A DNA stretch of 59,301 nt, counting the filler, from Catajapyx aquilonaris (taxonomy: Eukaryota), in assembly GCA_000934665.2 (NCBI GenBank). It is 2 parts of 2 records of this genome, joined end to end, with 100 filler letters (N's around TTAATTAATTAA, not from the genome) between each part and the next. Parts side by side here need not be neighbours in the genome. Positions count along the whole stretch, not along the records: positions 29,706 to 59,301 come from JYFJ02004769.1; 1 more part is not named here. The stretch is one strand, 5' to 3'. Shown piece after piece: positions 55,901-59,301 of the stretch (within the stretch, counting starts at the first letter, position 1; each line of letters starts with the position of its first letter). The position numbers and the translations under genes were made by a program. The notes under the pieces are model-generated. The model searched no databases. It saw only the letters and a program-made list of their open reading frames with translations, and was not told the origin of the DNA.

Positions 55901-58065
55901 AGGTGCAACTCCTGTGGTAGGTAGCGGTACAGTACCTAAAAGTACTAAAGTGCTAAAACTAAGTACTAAACTAAAGTACTATAGTAGCGGGTAGTCTGCT
56001 CGATCTTCCTTTCCTTCCGCAGACTTACCACTAGAGTGCACCTTGAAAAAGATGGCGGATAGCGAACAATGTAGCGCCGTCAGCGCCAAATTCTCAGCCT
56101 GGCGGAGACACAGGCGTTAAACTACCGTATCCATACAAATAGGGGGGAAGTGACATGGGGCTGATCTCACCAGTTCTCACAAGCTTGTGAACATGCCTTA
56201 AGACGTGTACTGCTCACTTTACACCAGGGCTCCCCAATATTTTTCGATGGCGACCCCAGAAAATAGAATCGTAAAATTCGCGACTCCTCCTTCCAATTCT
56301 ATCCCCCCCATTGTCAATGACAATCATTGATAAATTAATAAAATATCTCGTTTGCAGGGATAATTTTCCAGAGAGAGAGAGAGAATGATTTTGTTAAAAT
56401 ATAGTCTGTTACCCTCCTTCATGACGCACAGTTTAGGAAGCCATGCTTTACTCAGTCCAAACTGCTAATACTTGATACACCATGTTCCAAACCACTGTTA
56501 TTACTACCAGTGTAGTCTTAAGATTTATGTGTACAGTGCGGAAAACGAAACGGCGATCTGACGTCATCAATGTTTCCATGGAAATACCCTCACAGAACAA
56601 TATGAGTAAGCAGTAGCAACAAAAAACAACGATGTAAGAAACTATGACGTAAGATCGTCGTTTGGTTTTCCGTTTTTTGTGTGTGGTTTTGTCGTTTTTT
56701 AAAAACAATCCAGGATTCATGTTGTGCAGAAAGAAAAGTTGTGAACTGTGGGTCTGGGAAAACAATATAGATCGAAGTTTCATGCTGAATTTTTACTACT
56801 GTACCGTAAGATGGGGGCTGTTTCAGAATGGGTGGAGAAAACATTCATGAAGTGTGCCATTAATGCAACAATTGGGAAAGAACATGGCAATCATGCTTTG
56901 TTTAGAAGTTGGTGAAATGCAAATGTAACTTGAATTTTCAAGTCTAACGCAAAGTGCTATTCTTCAGGTTTTAGGCAGGACCATCCGCGTGGACCACGTT
57001 GAGAACTACAAGCCTCCCAAGCACTCAGACAACATAGACGAGATTACGAAGCGATTGCGGGAGGAGGGGTGCCTACCACCTCCACCTTCCAAAACGCGGG
57101 GAGATTGCTCAGAGGAAGAGAAGGGCGAGGAGAAAGAGGAAGGAGAGAGGGAGGATCAGCTTGAAAACCAGAAGGTCAAGAAAATGAAGGTCAAACTTGA
57201 AAAGGTCCGAGCTAAGAGAGAGAAGAAGGACAAGAAGCACCGTAGGAAGAAAAGGAGGAGGCGAGACGAGTCTAGCTCTGATTCGAGCAGTGATGATTCG
57301 TCATCTACATCTGGGTCAGAGAGTTCAGCTGACAGTGACAGCAGTGATGAGAGGCACCTTAAAAGGCGTAAGAGATCAAAGAGGAGGTCAGAGAGCTCAT
57401 CCTCTGAAGAAAGGAAAGTGAAGAAGCGAAAGAAATCAAAGAAGAGGGACAGTTCATCATCCCCAGATGAAGAGGACAAAAAGAGGAAGAAGAGGAGGAA
57501 GGTCTTGAAGAAGAAGGGCAGTGAGGATGAAGCTGAGAATCGAAAAAGTAATTTGAGAGAGCAAGTTGTGCCAAAGGAGGAGTCAGGCATGAGAAATGTG
57601 GAAAGGAGGGCTGAAGATGCTAGAGTTCGAAGTCATGATAGGTTTTCGGACCGTGAGAGATTTTTAGATGGAGACAAAAGCAGGGAGAGGCTTTCAGATC
57701 AAGATAGAGGAAGGGAACGGCCACCTGATCTGGAGAGAGGATGGGAGAGGGGGCCAAACAAGGTCAGGGGTTGGGAGAGGTCCCGGGACAGGGATTGGGA
57801 GAGGGACCGAGACAGGATAAGAGACCGATTCAGACCTGATCTAGGGAGGTTCAATCCCGAGAGAAGGGCAAGAGACCGTGACATCAGAGACCGTGATGGC
57901 AGGGACCGTGACGTTAGAGACCGTGATGGCAGGGACCGTGCAGTCCGGGATAAGGATGATCGTGACAGGGATGCAAAGGGTCGAGATGCAAGAGACAGGG
58001 ATGGGAGAGAAAGGGGGGACAGAGACCGCAATAACAGCAGGGGAGAGAGGTTTAGGTCCCGGTAG
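43729..58065 (+). CDS. RBMX2: RNA-binding motif protein X-linked 2 (Snu17/Ist3, RES complex RRM protein) with long K/S/R/D-rich C-terminal tail, 4 exons, 464 aa
   Basis: Exons 43729-43742 (ATG AAT CCA CTC AC|GTAAGT), 47801-47953, 49306-49435, 56968-58065 (1395 nt). Protein MNPLTNVRNVKRLSER...[93 protein letters not shown], the characteristic RBMX2 N-terminus and RRM. Confidence 0.95.
44766..44914. mobile_element. 149-bp hairpin MITE (Tc1/mariner type) nested in the hAT element
   Basis: CAGTGTTGGACATTAATCGAGGCAT...GGAATC / GATTCC...ATGCCTCGATTAATGTGCAACACTG|TA: arms of about 64 bp with a short spacer. Confidence 0.8.
45281..45632 (+). mobile_element. tRNA-derived SINE (head A, tail type 1, (TTA)n end)
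   Basis: GGGGAGGCGGAGTGGTGCTGCGGTAAC...GGTTCGATCCC; TSD ATATTC(A/G)ATAAAATTA (45265-45280 and 45633-45648). Confidence 0.9.
45731..46071 (-). mobile_element. tRNA-derived SINE (head A, tail type 1), tail-to-tail with the preceding copy
   Basis: Reverse complement of the 45281 copy; own TSD TGAATCAGAATA (45719-45730 and 46072-46083). Confidence 0.9.
46948..47196. mobile_element. MITE with 27-bp terminal inverted repeats
   Basis: TCTGGAGCCTCATGTAAAAACCATGTA ... TACATGGTTTTTACATGAGGCTCCAGA. Confidence 0.7.
48185..48452 (-). mobile_element. tRNA-derived SINE (head C, (AAAC)n end)
   Basis: GGGGAGAATGGTAGTCTTGTGGCTA...GGATTCAAATCCC on -; (TTTG)n on +; 15-bp TSD GCCTCCAGTGACTTT (48170-48184 and 48453-48467). 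Confidence 0.85.
48484..49011. mobile_element. About 530-bp fold-back Tc1/mariner-type MITE in RBMX2 intron 2
   Basis: Arms of more than 200 bp: GGTGTAAATGAATTCAGGGGACAAACTT...CTTCGCAATTCACCATAACC / GGTTATGGCGAATTGCGAAG...TTTGTCCCCTGAATTCATTTACACCCTG; TA|CAGGGTG terminus seen intact in the copy at 53476. Confidence 0.85.
50555..52239 (+). mobile_element. Full-length but dead Tc1-family transposon (1685 bp) with about 250-bp IR/DR-type TIRs
   Basis: TA|CTTGCCCAACACCAGTGAAGTTCGCC ... GGCGAACTTCACTGGTGCTGGGCAAG|TA; TIRs 50555-50806 and 51991-52239; transposase relics MVWGCM...INGTIDT..FQEIL, IFKQD, SLDLNPIE..WQIMKK (DD34E-type), frameshifted. Confidence 0.92.
53129..53463 (+). mobile_element. 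tRNA-derived SINE (head B, tail type 2)
   Basis: GGGGAGGTACCGTGGCCGAGATGGTAAC...GGTTTGATCCCC; collinear with the reverse complement of 42500-42840; tail GGTGGTGTGCCACC...GGGTAAAA. Confidence 0.85.
53476..53845. mobile_element. Chimeric Tc1/mariner MITE: left arm of the 48484 family, internal palindrome, different right end
   Basis: TA|CAGGGTGTAAATGAATTCAG... matches the 48484 arm to about 53660; palindrome 53661-53758; ends ...ACACCCTG|TA. Confidence 0.7.
54068..54297 (+). mobile_element. 5'-truncated tRNA-derived SINE (head D, tail type 2)
   Basis: B box GGTTCGAATCCC; tail ATGGTGGTAATCCACCCCCCAAAGGG; 14-bp TSD ATATCGTCGCAGTC (54054-54067 and 54298-54311). Confidence 0.85.
54778..54902. mobile_element. 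Small TTAA-flanked (piggyBac-like) MITE with internal GGAGTACC tandem repeats
   Basis: TTAA|CCACT ... AGTGG|TTAA; about 7 degenerate GGAGTACC units and a duplicated GTGTACAC.GGAGTACCAAA. Confidence 0.5.
55850..56127. mobile_element. Tc1/mariner(pogo)-type MITE
   Basis: TA|CGGTAGTGTAA..CTGTGTC ... GACACAGG..TTAAACTACCG|TA, inner inverted CGCCATCTT.TTCAAGGTGCA / TGCACCTTGAAAAAGATGGCG, central AAAGTACT repeats. Confidence 0.7.
57871..58030 (+). repeat. Coding 15-bp-period tandem repeat producing (RDRDx)n in RBMX2
   Basis: AGAGACCGTGACATC AGAGACCGTGATGGC AGGGACCGTGACGTT AGAGACCGTGATGGC AGGGACCGTGCAGTC, then degenerate units. Confidence 0.8.
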
Positions 58066-58127
58066 AAGGTTCACACTGCAGTTTGTGAGGAAGTAGTGGG
58101 GAACCTGCCAGTTGCAAGGTTGAGTCA

Positions 58128-58307
58128 AATAAAGCAAGCCAGTTAATGTAGACAGACATGATTGCAAATAAATGTCCGAACCCTAGCATCTGAGAGGGGC
58201 CTTAGAGTTATTGTTTGTCCATTTATTCACAACCATATCCATGTGTTGTTTACTGGCTCACATTTTGACTGATCCTTGCATACTTGATGTCTAGGCATAT
58301 CAATAAA
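58128..58307 (+). terminator. Candidate RBMX2 polyadenylation signals
   Basis: AATAAA at 58128, 58167 and 58302, downstream of the stop at 58065. Confidence 0.5.
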
Positions 58308-59081
58308 TAATGTAAATTCCTTTTTGCAAACTTGTACATTTTAAAATTACCCAACTGGAACTCAATAATGAAAGTATTCATCTTTGCCTATTTTTCAGAG
58401 TAATAGCCCTAATTTTTTTGACCAGGTAGATGAGTTCCCAGCTCATCACCCTACTGCTAAATGTCCTGCCTGCCTTCAAACTGGAAATCTGATGCTAATC
58501 TCTAAATATTTTGCAATTGAGGCATTCCTGACAAAAACAGCCTATATCCTCCTGAGACCTGGTGTCAACATAATTATATCGACATATGTCGACATAAGCA
58601 AATAAATTTTTTGGCGCCTACTAGTGATGCCAACAGAACTGTAATCTGTTGGTATCCCATGATTACAATCTGACCTCAATTGGTGTAGACACCTAGTGTT
58701 GAATATCTGACTTTGGCCGCGAAAATTGAATCACTTATGAAAATGGCGGATTCCGCTGCTGAAGTTAGGCGCTCATCTGATAAGTTTTATTTATTTACTC
58801 ATATTTAGAGTGCAATTTTCACAATACAGTGAATGTCCTGGGATTCTCAAGGAATGTGTATTAGGAAATACGAAAAGATGTGTCTGTAACAATCTTTGTT
58901 GCTGTAGAGAATTCGTAATTTTCTTTTCTTCCTGAGACCAAATGTCCATTTGAATGGACATTTGAATGAACATCCGAAATAATTATTTTTAGCTGAATGG
59001 ACTGGCATATATTTAAGTGCCTGTACCTGTACACCCATAAGGAAGTGTGCTTTGCATTGTACAGTTCAATTTTAAAACCTA

Positions 59082-59301
59082 CGAGGAGTGATCAAAAAGT
59101 AAGGTCTCCAAGGCTGTAACCTTCATTCTGTAAGAACACAAATGACGAAACTTACAGGGTACATGAGGACAATGGACATCTACTTTTCTACCTAGTTTCC
59201 ACAGCGAAGAACGCACTTGTCCCATCGCCAGACCAGTTTCTCAATCCCTTCCCAATAGAAAGGGGTGCCCTGTTGACAGCACCAGTCACGCAGCCTTCTT
59301 C
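59082..59301 (-). mobile_element. 3' end of a mariner element (runs off the window)
   Basis: TA|CGAGGAGTGATCAAAAAGTAAGG TIR; minus-strand translation ...PFYWEGIEKLVWRWDKCVLRCGN*VEK*, the typical mariner transposase C-terminus with a premature stop. Confidence 0.88.

Noticed and set aside
57156..58167. Long antisense ORFs rich in S/L/F/R opposite RBMX2 exon 4
   Set aside because: Shadow frames of purine-rich low-complexity coding sequence.

Overview
Eukaryotic (arthropod, probably insect-like) genomic DNA with four intron-containing genes. (1) A complete 11-coding-exon six-EF-hand calbindin-32/Cbp53E gene (+, 11658-21654, 316 aa). (2) A complete 7-exon SMYD4-type SET/MYND methyltransferase (-, 28191-25529, 702 aa), convergent with the calbindin gene. 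(3) After an artificial 100-bp scaffold linker (29606-29705), the 3' part of a PH-PH-MyTH4-FERM gene of the CG43867/PLEKHH/MAX-1 family (+, 29930-37719). (4) A complete RBMX2/Snu17 gene (+, 43729-58065, 464 aa). The right half is dense in transposons: at least eight tRNA-derived SINEs, four Buster-type hAT elements, PIF/Harbinger, Tc1/mariner and piggyBac-like MITEs, a Tc1 relic with about 250-bp TIRs, and LINE, Harbinger and mariner coding relics, often nested. I see no convincing wholly new gene system. The best leads are a cluster of up to three in-frame microexons with Rbfox motifs in the calbindin EF4-EF5 linker intron, modular SINEs that swap structured 3' tails with visible covariation, a stop-free GC-AG intron inside the SMYD4 SET domain, an AUGA-overlapping uORF on RBMX2, and long intronic inverted repeats in RBMX2. 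All exon calls were made by eye from splice signals and frame continuity; family assignments come from recalled motifs, not database searches.
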